Part shown: piece by piece, positions 9,194-22,315 of the stretch
Layout of the letters: each line of letters opens with the position of its first letter
Position numbering within the stretch: the first letter of the stretch is position 1
NCBI GenBank assembly: GCA_904063045.1
Contig: CAJFCJ010000118.1
Span: 1-35,116 of the forward strand
DNA from: Dimorphilus gyrociliatus
Taxonomy: Eukaryota; Animalia; Annelida
Direction of reading: 5' to 3'
DNA: 35,116 nucleotides
Notes under the pieces: model-generated
Seen by the model: only the letters and a program-made list of their open reading frames with translations
Told to the model about the DNA's origin: nothing
Database searches by the model: none
Position numbers and translations under genes: made by a program

Positions 9194-10693
9194 ATGGCAT
9201 CTCTCTGTTATGCTTGTAAAAAAAATTAATAAAGAAAAAATAGGTGTATGCTCTCTATGTAAGCATACAACTCATTGGGTTTGTTTAAATGGTAAGTTAA
9301 ATGTTCATATTTTTCAATTTGACACCTTTTTTTCTTAATATATAGATGGCTTTTGTCAAATTTGCCAGAAAATCAACAACTATTCATTACAAATTGTTTT
9401 AAGAAGATGTGATGAAAATACTTTAACAGCAAAACTTCCTAAGAGAATTGATCATCAAGAAATTTTTAGAAATAATCAAGTGGAAGCTGCTGCTGATGAC
9501 ATTAATGATCTTTTGATTTTAAATAATGAAAAAGACAAATCTGCCAATGATGGTGAAAGTATAAAGCAAATAGAAGGACCAATAGATAATGTAGTCATTA
9601 AAAATACACAACACCACAAAGAGAAGTTTTTGCTGAAGATGTTACAATGGAGCATTTGAATACAAAAGAGGATTCTTTTCCTTTTGATCACAACACAAAC
9701 CAACCTGAAGACAGCTCATTTGAAGATGTAGATGATGTTGTTCTAAGGAGTGATGGATCATTTAAAATTTTCCAAAATGGGAGTCAAAAAGGAAAGCCAT
9801 TACTTGTTCGTGATGGATTCTCATATAATATCAAAAACCAAAGAAATAAATCAAGAATTTGGAGATGTAGTGGCAATAATAACAAACAAGATCGATGTCC
9901 TGGTAGTGTCAATGAGAATGATGGTAATTTTACTTTGGGTTCAAAATCACACAATCATTCTCCCAAATTAAATTTAAAAGAAATTATTGATATGAAAGTT
10001 ATCATAAAACAATATGCTCTGATTACGAAAAGGCAATCTGGAAAAGTGTGGCAAAATATTTTCCAGAAACTGAAATCAAAGGTTGTCTATTTCATTGGAC
10101 TCAAGCAATTTTTCAAAAAATTCAGGTAATAATTAAAATGTTTTATTGTCTTTTGCCATATTTTTATATATATTTATATAGGAATTGGGATATTCATCTG
10201 ACCATAAAAAACATACTGGACACTGGACTGAAATGAAGCTTCTCATGGGTTTACCTTTTTTGCCTGCTGATATCATTCCCCAGGAATTTAACAAAATAAA
10301 AGCTCATTTAAATACCTTGGAAAAGTTATCAGATTTATTACATTATATGGAAACACTTGGATAATCAATACTACTTGGACACCTGCTACTTGGTCAGTAT
10401 TTGACTTAGCTATCAGAACTAATAATGATGTAGAAGGATTCCATAATAGATTAAACCTAAATATTGGAAATGCCAAATCTTTTTACAAATTAGTTAATGA
10501 ATTAGAAAGGGGATCAGATCTGGTACCACTGTTGCAAAAGATGCTGTGTGAAAGAAAATTAAAAAGATATCAGAAGAAAGTTTATGTAAACCTACAAAGA
10601 AAAATATTTGAGACTTGGGATAAATTTAAGAATGGGCAAATTACTGCACTACAAATTATAGAAAATTGTTCTGAAGTCTATTTTCATAGTTGA
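9194..10693 (+). pseudogene. PHD-FLYWCH-MULE transposase with an internal deletion and frameshifts
   Basis: MASLCYAC...GVCSLCKHTTHWVCL | DGFCQIC (introns 9292-9345 and ~10126-10191). FLYWCH GSQKGKPLLVRDGFSY...IWRC...CPGSV...HNH, then DYEKAIW...GCLFHWTQA and RTNNDVEGFHNRL. The LDGTF segment present in MULE 2 is absent (jump at ~10015-10022). Frameshifts at ~9222, ~9610 and ~10352. Confidence 0.85.
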
Positions 10694-10852
10694 ATTAAAT
10701 ATATAATCAAATAACATCCAATCATCTCTTTGCATAACTATTAGGTTTCCATAGAAATCTGCTTAAGTTTTACCACAATCTTAAACTATTTAGACATGAA
10801 TTTTTCATGCACCTAAAATTGACCTTAAGTTAAACTTTAATTATAATATTAG

Positions 10853-11264
10853 TGTATTCTAAAGTAATACTAGACCTGTTCACTAAGAGGGTTCATTCAG
10901 GACTGAATGCCTGCTACTACCTATGCCCTGCTTTTATACAATTCCTTATCAGTTGTTTATGCCTTAGTTGTCAACAACAAGGGTCTAACCTCAGATAAGG
11001 ATTGTTCACAACAAACAGGGTCAAGATTTATCATATTATGCAATAGTGATGTAAACAACAACAGCTTTGTCGATTGTTACATCATATTCATGTATATAAA
11101 CACTAGTTGTTGTTGTCAACATGTTTGGTGAAACAACATCTTATTCTTTGCCTATAAAAGGGTTTAATTCTGGCAGTTGGGTACCATCTACCCCAGAGGC
11201 AACATCTACTTCAACACATCTACCATATGGTAAGTATTTTTTATAAAAAATCTATAAGTGTACA
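10853..11264 (-). repeat. Right long inverted repeat of MULE 1
   Basis: Reverse complement of 8611-9054 with scattered substitutions. Confidence 0.92.
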
Positions 11265-11450
11265 GCCAAAGAATAAATATATTTTTTTCGAATTGAAATT
11301 TTAAGTTTTGAATTTTTAAAAATCACTACATGTGCAAAAGTTCTATTAGGTAAACATAAAGTTTTTAACAGTTACCCTATTTTGTGAGTAGTTGTTAATA
11401 TGCTTTATGATTTAATACTTATATAAAATCTCATTTTTCTTTCTCTTACA

Positions 11451-12660
11451 GTCCTATCATTGGTTTAATGGAACATTTCTGCTTTTGTTTGTCCACTTAA
11501 CACTTTTCAACAGTGTCCACCAGGACTCTTCTTTACAATTTCTCAGGCAAATTGAACTACACTTGTCTGATTGTCCTGGACGAAGTTCCTCATTAAAAAT
11601 TCATTCAAATCCTATTGAAGAATGCTCAAAAGATGCCAACACGCCTGAAGATTCCTTTAAGAAATCTTGTTATACAAAAAATGAAGATTGTGAAGATGGC
11701 AGAAATGGTACTTTTCCACATAGTAATGACTGTAGACAATGTTATCATTGTTACAATGTTGTTTCCTGGCCGCAGTAATGTCCGCCAGGGTATTTCTACA
11801 GCTCATTGTTTAATGTTCGTGATTGTACAACTAGAGTGTGTTGTTGCTGAAAAGTCCAGATGTGCCATTGCTGGAGGATAGTCAAGTTGTTTGGCATGGA
11901 GTGAATGCGAACCAGATTGTGGAGGTGGTTTAAGAACTTGAACAAGAACTTGTACAAATCCTCCACCAGCCAATGGAGGAAATGAATGTTTAGGAATTTC
12001 ACTTGATGTTGAATTATGTACAAATCCTGCTTGTAGTTTAAATAGCACTATTGCATTTATGGTTTCCCTAACTAAAAACCTACAATATTGGAAAGTGGAA
12101 AATTGATGTGGCATAAAATAGATTAGGACAATGGTAATTTATTTAATGCTAGTAGATAAGCCTTTATCAACAATTTTGTGTGCTTAGAGATACTTTTACA
12201 AGAGCTGGGATCTATTCACTAACTTCACTTTCTAAGCCTTATACACACATAGAAGTTGCAAATTCAATTATGACTAGTGTAAATGGTGTCGAAACGTCAT
12301 TTGTCTGGTTTCCTGTACAATAGTAATGTGGTATTTGCTATTGGCGCCAGTCTAGGCTTTTTCAATTTGGGCAATCAAATACTACTTCTTAGAGTAGTAA
12401 CTCTAAGGGGAGTGACCGTAAATGCAGGAAATACTGAACTAATGGTATTTCATTGGAACATGCCCGGGAATGCAATCAGCAATATCCATTACAGTTAACA
12501 GTGAAAAGAAATTTGATAGGCAAAGACTAATTGCAGAAGGGGATTTGAAAGTATGAGTAGAGGAGGAATATTAAAATTGGAAAAGGGCGACAATGTATCT
12601 ATTGATTCTTGGAAATTGACTTCTCTGGTACTGCACTATGTTTCATCCCTATGATCCTAA
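11451..12660 (+). pseudogene. Degenerate gene with two chitin-binding type-2 domains, a thrombospondin type-1 repeat and a possible C1q-like domain
   Basis: FQQCPPGLFF (~11505); CEDGRNGTFPHSNDCRQCYHCYN...*CPPG; [37 protein letters not shown] (TSP1, with stops at expected W and R positions); later VNAGN...PG and GGILKLEKGDNVSI (C1q-like, weaker call). Confidence 0.7.
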
Positions 12661-13012
12661 AAACAACTGTTTCATAACACCTCAAAAATATAATTCTTGG
12701 TCTGACTTGCTGATTGAATCCCTGCCTTTTTGTGGTTAGAAATACAGATTTTTTTCTATTAGAAAATAGAACTATTCCCGCTTAGAGTTGTAGATGTGGA
12801 AGGTGAGAATATAGATCCTAACGGATGGTGTTTTATTACTTTTTAAACATATGTGACCTCAAATATCTAAAGAATTGTATGGTGTAAATGTAAAATATTT
12901 GTCTTATCTTTTCAATGCAAAAAGTGTATTAGAGAAAGAAAAAATGTAGTAGAAAGTTAACTTTTACTAAAATGTAAATCAAATATTCAAATTCAATTTC
13001 CTTGTTAATACT

Positions 13013-16000
13013 TTAGCAAGTATTTTGTGAGATAATTGTGGCAATCCAATCAAAGTAGTATAAGGCTTGCGAATAAAGTGATAATTTATTATTACAAGGC
13101 TCTAGAATTTTGGAAACAACTCCTGGAACTATCCATCTATTACCAATTTTACAAGATAGTGGACTACCTCCATCACCCTGTCAGTTATTTTGTTAATTAA
13201 AAACTGGTAATAAAAAAAAAACAAGATTGATTTCTATTTTACTTACAAAACAAGCTTGTTTCAAATTATCATTCCACAGACAAATCATTTGTGGATATGT
13301 TAGATTAATGTTTTGATTCATTGTCTTTAAAGCTGCTGAACAAAATGTTTCATTTTTTAAATAAAGTTGAGCTTTTTGCAATGATTGACTTGCAAGTTTA
13401 GGAGCTGAAAATGAAAAATTAAAGATAATAGAAATCAAATATAACTCAAAATAATTTAAAAATATTAACAATTTGGATTATTTGAACCAAAACCAGTTGC
13501 AATGCAAGTGTAATATTCATTTCCATTTAGTGGATACCTCCTCAAACAGGCTATATTTATGTAATTTGAAAGTGTAACCTTTCTGTCCAATTTTACCAGC
13601 ACAATACCAAATTTATATTTATTATTGTTGCTTGAATGGACAAAAACCAATTTTGAAGTGTATCTATTACCTTGGAGAAGCCTGTTTGATCCTAAGTATA
13701 CTGTGAATGGACTATCCCTTAAAAAGAAGACAAATATTTAGAAAATATCAATTTTTTACAACTCAACTAGGCCTGCTATAAAAAGTAGACCCAAATCTTC
13801 AATTATATAAAGTATATATATATATTTACTTTGGATTAATACAATCAGCGTTGGTTAGAACAAATCTTTCATGGATCAATGTTCCACCACAAAGCCAAAC
13901 ATGACCTTGTCTCTTGAATGCAACTGTTGCCTATTCAATTGTTTTTTTCAAATTTACATTTTATTTGGATTAGCAATGAAAATATGAATATTTATTACCT
14001 GCCATGGAAAATCTGCAATATTGTAGGTTGTCCACCAACAATAAATGGTGTACTAGAAGTTAAACCACATCTTGGTGGGTTTAATCCAATTCTATTTAGA
14101 TCTAAAAGAATGCATTGTTTTCTATGTTGTATTTTAAAAAAGAAAATTTTTCCTAACCATTATCTGAGTAACAAACACTATTTTTCAAAATATTGCACTA
14201 ATGATATGCTGAGACCTGTTGATTTTGGAGACTTGTGCAATAATTTGAAATTGTTCAACATTACTCTTTAAAGTTCTTAGATAAGTAGAGTTAATATTTT
14301 TACTGCAACTTCCTTTTTGTGAGAACATAAGTTCTTCTGAGAATCTGCAAAAAGAAGCCAAAACCAAAAATATGTTTGAATATTTTTTAATGTGAAAATA
14401 ATGTTTCTTTTTCTTACTAAATGATTTCATACCCTTTCCCTATAATATATAAATATTTTAGGAAAACTCCATTTGTTTGACCAGAACTACTAATTTTTTC
14501 AGTCTAAAAGAGAGACATCTATCAGCAGATGAAGTAAATATGGGAGAAGTAAATGTTGCAAATGAATTGTTCTTTACAGTGATACCACCAATTTGCAGAC
14601 CGTAATCTATGGAGAAAATGATTTAAAAAATGACATGGAATAATTCAGTTTAAAGTTAGACAAAAAAAACCAAAAAAGCAAACCTAAATTATCAGCTCCC
14701 AATGGTCTTCTTGTCCAATAAAATTGATCATTATGCAATAAATTCAATTGATAGCCACATAAATGTGTGTTAAAATTACAATTAACATTTTCACCTATGT
14801 TTTTGTAGAAAGTACAACATTTTATGTTCAAAATTTACAGTATAAAGCACATACTTTTCTTTGGCACTGGATAAATAATTGGATTCAAGCCTGAACATTT
14901 TCCACTACTGATTTGGAAATAATCTAGAGCAATATGATTTTTTTGTGAGTATCCTTGAATTGCTTGAAAGAATAGCTATAAATAGAATTATATATATTAT
15001 AATATATATATTAATAAATGTCTCCAGTAATGAAGAAAAAAAATAAAACCTCGTAAAATGTCAAAGATATTTGAATTTCCTGTTTCTCCAAGTACCATTT
15101 GTGCTTTCAATGTACTGAGAGAAAATATGGACCATTTTCTGTATCCCTTAATTGAATATTCAAATTTGCACCACCTAGTCCATTGAAACTATTAATATTA
15201 TAATAGAATGAAAAACAACCAGTCCCAGTCAATTTTTGCAATCCTGTTGATAAGGTGGCAATATTGCTTGAATGGGGGTTTGAAGATGAGATTCTTAAAC
15301 AATACTCTAAAAAATAAATACATTTTATAGTATAAACTGGTATTTTTGATAAAACAATTTAACTGACTTCCATTGTAAGGTGAAATTGATTCAAAAGACA
15401 AACTACTTCTAATAAATTGCCAATTGGAATTTTGCCAAAATACTTTAAAATCACATAAATCATTCTGGAAGGTACATAGTGTTTTTGTTTTTTTAATACT
15501 AGGACAATTTCCTTCTCTAATGATTAAGTCATCTAAAGCTATATCACCTTTTTCATCCCCACCAGATGTCGCTTTAATAATAAGTTGGTCAATATTCTCA
15601 CTAGATTTAAGAGGAATATAGAGTTTATTCCATTGATTTCCAATATTATGATTCTTTTTTAAAATATTTTTTTCCAACATGCCTCTATAGGCAGAAAAAA
15701 TTTCAAATTCTCCAATCCTATCCTCAGACCCATACATATGATAAGAAGTTTCTAGGCAATAATTCCTACCTCCAAGGTCAAAGATAGGAGATTTCAATTC
15801 AGTTGAAGAGCCTTGTTTGCTATTACTAGCTTCGACATAAATATAATAGCCCATACCATTAGAAGAATCTCTACTTGGTCCAGTATCATTGGTTGGAGTA
15901 GGACCACAGTGTCTTTTCCATTCATAGTCACTTTTCTGACAATCAAAATGCTTAGAAACACTCCAAGAGCAGAAACTAGTTTCGAAATTACAGCTCAATT

Positions 16001-17385
16001 GTCCAGGATTCATTGGAAGAGGTGGAATATTTGAGCAAAGCCCAGGCATCAAAGATATGTCATCAATTGCTATATCACCTCTATAATCGCCAGCTGATGT
16101 TGCTCTAATTGTAATCTAGAAAAAAAACCACTAAATTTACAATATTCACTAAATGAGTGAAAAAACAACAAACCTTATGAATATTTTTCAAAGATGAATT
16201 CAAATTTATTGACAAATCATTCCACTTATCTCCAAGACTGTGTGAATGTTTAAATAGTCTGGTTCCAACTCCTCTATAATAGCCAAAAATTTCAATTTTA
16301 CCAGTCCAATTTAATTTACCCAAAATATGATAAAATAGTTTAAAACAGTAAATTTCATTTTTCAATTGGAAATATGGGGATATTAATTCAGCAAAATGAC
16401 CTTTACTACTTAGAGATGCTTCAACATATGCATATTTACCAATGGCATTACCAAGGGTATGATCAACTCTAGGTCCTGTATAAGTTGATTGCGTACTTCC
16501 ACTATGCAATCTCCAAGTATAGTAGTTAAAATCAGAAATAGGATATTTAAAGCTTTTCCAAGAGCAGAAGTTTACTTCAAAATTACAATTTAAGGTTTCT
16601 ATTGTAAGAAAAAAGAACTGATAAATTAGTTACAAATATAAAAGAAAGAGTTGTACAGTATTTACCAGGAGTATGGTAAACTGGTATATCAGTTGGTTCC
16701 AAATCATCATAATTCCCTATAGAAGAAAAAAAGAACATTATCTAGATGTAATGTAGAATTATTTTTTTATTTACAAATCATTTACCTTTACAATCATTTA
16801 TTTCAAAATTATCAACTGCAACTGCTGTGTCAGCCAACTTTGACCTTTGAACTTTTATAACAAACTGTTATAAGGTAAAACAATATATAATACAATTTTT
16901 GGTGGTGTTTTCTTTTTTACATACACTATCATATGGAATTGTAGTATTTATAGTAGATTTTATCCATTGCCTTTGTGGATTATACTTTCCATTGAATACT
17001 TTCTCAAAAACTGGCAGACCATTATTCAATAAAATTATTGATAAATTGGCATTGATATTGCCAATCATCTGATGGAATTGTAAACAAGTTCTAATTGGCT
17101 TAATTTTCTCATAATGAATACTATGAATGTTTGGAGATATTAGAAAAGTTTCCAAAAAATTTGAATCCTTGTTAACGATTGCCATGACAATATCTATAAA
17201 ATAGAATAGATTTTTTAAAGAAACAAACTCATGCATATAAACATACGAACCATTTTGCCCATCATTGTTGGGGAAATTTTGAACTCCTCTTTTAAATTTA
17301 AACAATTCAATTCCATCAGGAACATTTGATGTGAAATCACAATCATTCAAATGGAAATGGCATCTCCAATAGATTTCTTGACCTA
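13013..17385 (-). CDS. Multi-exon gene encoding 4-5 MAM domains and a C-terminal non-catalytic trypsin-like (serine protease homolog) domain; 5' end not determined
   Basis: MAM motifs CNFETSFCSW...WKRHCGPTPTNDTGPSRD...GYYIYVEAS...CLETSYHMYG...GDIALDD, TGPRVDHTLG...YAYVEAS, CTFQNDLCDF, CNFNTHLCGY. Trypsin motifs RCG...IVGG (14031-14042), FPWQ, LCGGTLIHERFVLTNADC, GIVLVKL, MICL, GDGGSPLSC...DWI*. There is a frameshift just after IVGGQPT. Confidence 0.8.
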
Positions 17386-17664
17386 TTTTTTAAAAAAAAA
17401 AGTAAAAATAGTACTCTATGTGAAAAATATGTAAAATATCAACAATTAAAAAACATACCAAAATTTCTGTAGAATTGATGAAAGAGTATGAATATACTAA
17501 AAAAACAGATAAGCATGTTCATGATATCTATATTTTGCAATGAAATTTCCTAAGTTACAACCTTCTTATATATACATCTAGTGAGTGTTGGATAAATATA
17601 GACATACACTCAATGTCACCTGACCTACTTATAACTTATTGTTTACAGAACAATTAGATATAAA

Positions 17665-19263
17665 AACTAACTTTTACTTGGCTGTTTAAAATTTCAATTG
17701 GAAGAACGTCACAACCTATTTTTAAAATGGCACCTACGTCTTACTTTTGTGCATTAAGTATCAATGAATTTGTTTATGAGAATTGTCCCCAAAAATTTGA
17801 GAACACTAACCTGTAAGCCAAATACTACTTCAATAGTATTCATAATTTTGTTTTATAAATATCAAGGTTAGTTTGGTGCTAACATATCACACAACTCCAT
17901 TAGCTCTATAGGAATTAATTGGAACAAAAGATGTAGTTTGTTTGGAGTGTTTACCTTTATTAAAAAAATGCCTACGATTTATAAATGAATACAAAAAGCC
18001 TTCTCCTATTGAGAATATCAATATCAGTGCAATATACTTCAATATTAGTAAAAACTGGTAAATTTAAATAAATAACAAAGAATTTGTAAAAGTTGTTAAG
18101 GCTCAACATAATTTTTTAAACATAGAAAAATACCTTTACTTGCAATCTTGTACATTGTTGGTGGGCTTTAGGGTTAATGTTCTCAAAGGTCAAGGCTAAC
18201 TAACTTTTACTTGGCTGTTTAAAATTTCAATTGGAAGAACATCACAACCTATTTTTAAAATGGCACCTACGTCTTACTTTTGTGCATTGAGTATCAATGA
18301 ATTTGTTTATGAGAATTGTCCCCAAAAATTTGAGAACACTAACCCATAAGCCAAATACTACTTCAATAGTATTCATAATTTTGTTTTATTAATATCAAGG
18401 TTAGTTTGGTGCTAACATATCACACAACTCCATTAGCTCTATAGGAATTAATTGGAACAAAAGATGTAGTTTGTTTGGAGTGTTTACCTTTATTAAAAAA
18501 ATGCCTACGATTTATAAATGAATACAAAAAGCCTTCTCCTATTGAGAATATCAATATCAGTGCAATATACTTCAATATTAGTAAAAACTGGTAAATTTAA
18601 ATAAATAACAAAGAATTTGTAAAGGTTGTTAAGGCTCAACATAATATTTTAAACATAGAAAAATACCTTTACTTGCAATCTTGTACATTGTTGGTGGGCT
18701 TTAGGGTTAATGTTCTCAAAGGTCAAGGCTAACTAACTTTTACTTGGCTGTTTAAAATTTCAATTGGAAGAACGTCACAACCTATTTTTAAAATGGCACC
18801 TACATCTTACTTTTCTGCATTGAGTATCAATGAATTTGTTTATGAGAATTGTCCCCAAAAATTTGAGAACACTAACCCGTAAGCCAAATACTACTTCAAT
18901 AGTATTCATAATTTTGTTTTATAAATATCAAGGTTAGTTTGGTGCTAACATATCACACAACTCCATTAGCTCTATAGGAATTAATTGGAACAAAAGATGT
19001 AGTTTGTTTGGAGTGTTTACCTTTATTAAAAAAATGCCTACGATTTATAAACAAATACAAAAAGCCTTCTCCTATTGAGAATATCAATATCAGTGCAATA
19101 TACTTCAATATTAGTAAAAACTGGTAAATTTAAATAAATAACAAAGAATTTGTAAAGGTTGTTAAGGCTCAACATAATTTTTTAAACATAGAAAAATACC
19201 TTTACTTGCAATCTTGTACATTGTTGGTGGGCTTTAGGGTTAATGTTCTGGAAGGTCAAGGCT
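17665..19263. repeat. Three head-to-tail copies of a 533-bp unit, near-identical
   Basis: The unit start aactaacttttacttggctgtttaaaatttc recurs at 17665, 18198 and 18731; the third copy ends ...ggtcaaggct at 19263. Only scattered SNPs differ. Confidence 0.97.
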
Positions 19264-19580
19264 AAAAAAGTACCTGGATGCTCCCAACAAAATGCAATGA
19301 CTCACAAAGCAGAAACTGTGTTGATTCTAAAATAGTTGATGACATCTGTTATCTTCTACAGCATTGAAAATATCAGAATGAAATTTTATAAATCATACTA
19401 TCATTGCTTTTAGAGATAATAAATAATACGGAGACTTCAATTTCCAGCCTTAATGACAGATTATACAGGCAGAATTCTCTCTCTCTTTCTCTCTCTGCTA
19501 AGAAGTTGAAAGTAACACTATAGAAAATTTGAAACAAAAAATTGGGGCATTTATTGTCATAAAGTTGTTTAATCACATGA

Positions 19581-20590
19581 TCATTTTCTTTTCATTTTTA
19601 TTTCAATACATATATTTTTCAGTTTATTATTTGATTTAAGCAAAATTTCACAAAATTTAATATTTGGTGTGATATTAATTATCATTATTGTATCAAAATT
19701 GCTCCCAGAACAGGAAAATTTGCAACTATCCCTAAATGATTCCTCATTTGAACAGATTTTCATCTTATTCAATATATTAATTGCGACTATGATATCTGTA
19801 CAATTCCTATTTTCGCCCATTGTAGATATTTCAATAGTAACAAGGGTATCAACTTGAAATGAATTGTGTCCTTTCTAAATAATTTTAGCCCATATTGGCA
19901 AAAATCCAACTTTTTCAGAACATTTTTCATTACCATCACCAAGAGATTTGATAAATTCATTTCTAGATAATTCAAAAGTGCAAATTGAAGATGTCGTCAC
20001 ATTAAATAAAGCTGTTTGTTAGGAGTAGTGTTCAATAAAAAACTAGTATTTTTTTGTAAAAACAAAATTCTTACTTAAACAGGCAGGTTTTTGTAAAATA
20101 ATACCAGAATACAAAAATAATGCTGCTTAAGTTGATGACAAGGTTAGTAGATGACATTCAGAGAGATTTGGAGAATAATTAATAGAATAACATTCTTGAT
20201 TTGAAAGACATCTATTTTTACAACTTTCTTCATTATTAACATTAACAGATTCTATCAGACAGGGATCACAACTATTGATGATCTTATTTTCTTCCCTCTT
20301 CCAGTTTGTACAACCTACAAAGAAAACAGACTCTATGTAAGACATCACTCTGAAAAATTCAAAATTTTGAATATTTTTTACTGGGATTAGTTATTTTTGA
20401 GTAATAGACAACATTTTCTGCATTTTCAATATTCAATCCGTAAGAGCCATACTTTTTTCTCTTACACTCTTTTATTGCTCTGTTAAATTCAAAACTGGTG
20501 CACATAGATTCACTGTTACAAATATTAATACAATCCTCCAAACTATTAGTAAAGCCAGTCAAAACTCCATTTTGATTTTGTAATGTTCTA
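19581..20590 (-). CDS. Exons encoding two PAN/apple domains and a Cys-containing unknown region; possibly the 5' part of the MAM-trypsin gene; partly disrupted
   Basis: SLEDCINICNSESMCTSFEFNRAIKEC and EESCKNRCLSNQECYSINYSPNLSECHL (PAN cysteine pattern). A following frame (~20010-19600) contains one in-frame TAG. Confidence 0.65.
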
Positions 20591-21099
20591 TTTAAGTATT
20601 TTTTATATGATGAACATTCTATTATAGAAACAAAAAACAGTTGATAGAGTTCAGGTGAAATGTTTGAAAAATTTACAAACCTGATTTTTCAATATAAAAA
20701 CCATCAGTTTGGAAAAAAACTACAAAGATGAAAAGAAAATCTCCACACAATATTCTCATTCTGAAAATTGAAATGTTTAGACAAAAACTCTATTCTATTC
20801 TTTTATAGATAAAGTTCTTCATTAAATAAAAGCTAATTGAACATTTTACAGGATTACTCATTATTGCATTATTTATTATCTATCTATATACACTGTAAAG
20901 TAATCTTCATAAAAAATGGAACACCTCGAATTTTGAATAGACTAACATATTAAAAATGTTTTTCACTAAGAATAGTGAAATAATGGATTTAGGTAAGATT
21001 TACATAATTTTTTTTTATATTACACACTGTTTCATTGATTTTTTTTTCTTATTTGTTCATACTTCATAATAATTGGAACAGGAGCAAAAATGTTCATAT

Positions 21100-21265
21100 T
21101 ATTCCTATTTTTCAATTTGACTACTCCCTTTTTTGATACATTTCCTGATTCTATGAACCATTCCATTGTATAGACTTGGTAACAACTCTGGTTGCTCTTT
21201 AATAAGCTCATAAGAGCACATTTTAATTGTTTCTTAAAATTTATCCACAGACTGGAATGGTGGAC
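21100..21265 (-). mobile_element. Possible Tc1/mariner transposase C-terminal remnant
   Basis: Broken frames LWINFKKQL and SLYNGMVHRIRKCIKKG resemble the Tc1 C-terminal ENLW..LK and SM..RI..VI...G motifs. Confidence 0.3.
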
Positions 21266-22315
21266 TTTTTTTCAATATTATGAACAAAAAATTTGAGCCA
21301 TTAATTAAAAGTTGGCCTATCAAAATTTACAGTGTCATTTTATTATGAAGTTTACTTTATATCTATTAATAGAATAGGCCTTTACTAAGAACAATAGTTC
21401 TAAATTACTCTGTCAATTTTACCATGCAATTAAAAAGTCAAGTAACTCAACTGTAAACAATACTGCTTTTTTTAAAAACAGAAGCAGAGGAAACTGTTGG
21501 CAAACAGTAAACTTTTGAGCCTGATTGAATGGTATTTCTAACATCAAAGAAAACTTTAACATTTAACACTCCTGACTGTAGTAGTGTTCAACTTACAGTT
21601 AGTACTCATAATATTCAAAATGGTTTCTAAACTGGTAAAATAGAAAATTTCAGGACATTTTCTGCTAAAACTTGCACTTTTTAAAGATAAGCCCTTCAAG
21701 ATACACTTTGAATCTTTATAAATATATAACACAAATGTAACAGCAACATCTGTTGGTTAATTTTTTATTTAAAAAAATTTTTAATAAGAATTAATAAACA
21801 TTCTTCAATGGGTAAATCTCTAGGTCAGTCTCTAATACAATATTTTTGAAGAAAATATGTGTATAAAAAGAACTTTGGCTGGCATCTGTTGCAGGCAATT
21901 GGCAATAAGCATTATCTGTTATATTGATCTTTCTTTTTATACCATAATTACTTGAATGCAAAGTTCTCTTAAAATTAAAAAGAAACAAAAAGAAACAATG
22001 TAAAAGCAAACATTAATCTATAATAAATATCAATCAAAGAGAATTTTTTCTCTTAACTTTTGTAATAAATTATTAATGGAAGTATCGATTCTCATTGCAG
22101 ATTGTTACAGTAGGAAATTTAAATACACTGTTATAAATGTTTTTGATTGAGCAACTGTTTTGCATTTTAGGTAGAAACTTACATGATTATGATTAATAGC
22201 TAAATCCTTTTTTACATACTGTACATTGTACACCAAAGCATAACTAATTGCAAAGCTTGCAATTGAGTGGACATTCTATTTTGTTTGTAGATTTAGTAAT
22301 AAATATGTTTATTCA

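Larger units (their letters stand above)
8611..11264 (+). mobile_element. Mutator-like (Phantom-type) DNA transposon with long imperfect terminal inverted repeats, internally deleted
   Basis: Inverted repeats of ~410-440 bp enclose a FLYWCH-MULE transposase remnant. No TSD found. Confidence 0.8.

Noticed and set aside
8591-11277. agagaattaa / aaagaataaa as a TSD for MULE 1
   Set aside because: Two mismatches in 10 and asymmetric distances from the inverted-repeat ends; likely chance in AT-rich sequence.
20891-21334. CACTGTA and TACAGTG as Tc1 termini around the 21.1-kb remnant
   Set aside because: They face outward, so they cannot be the two ends of one element enclosing that fragment.
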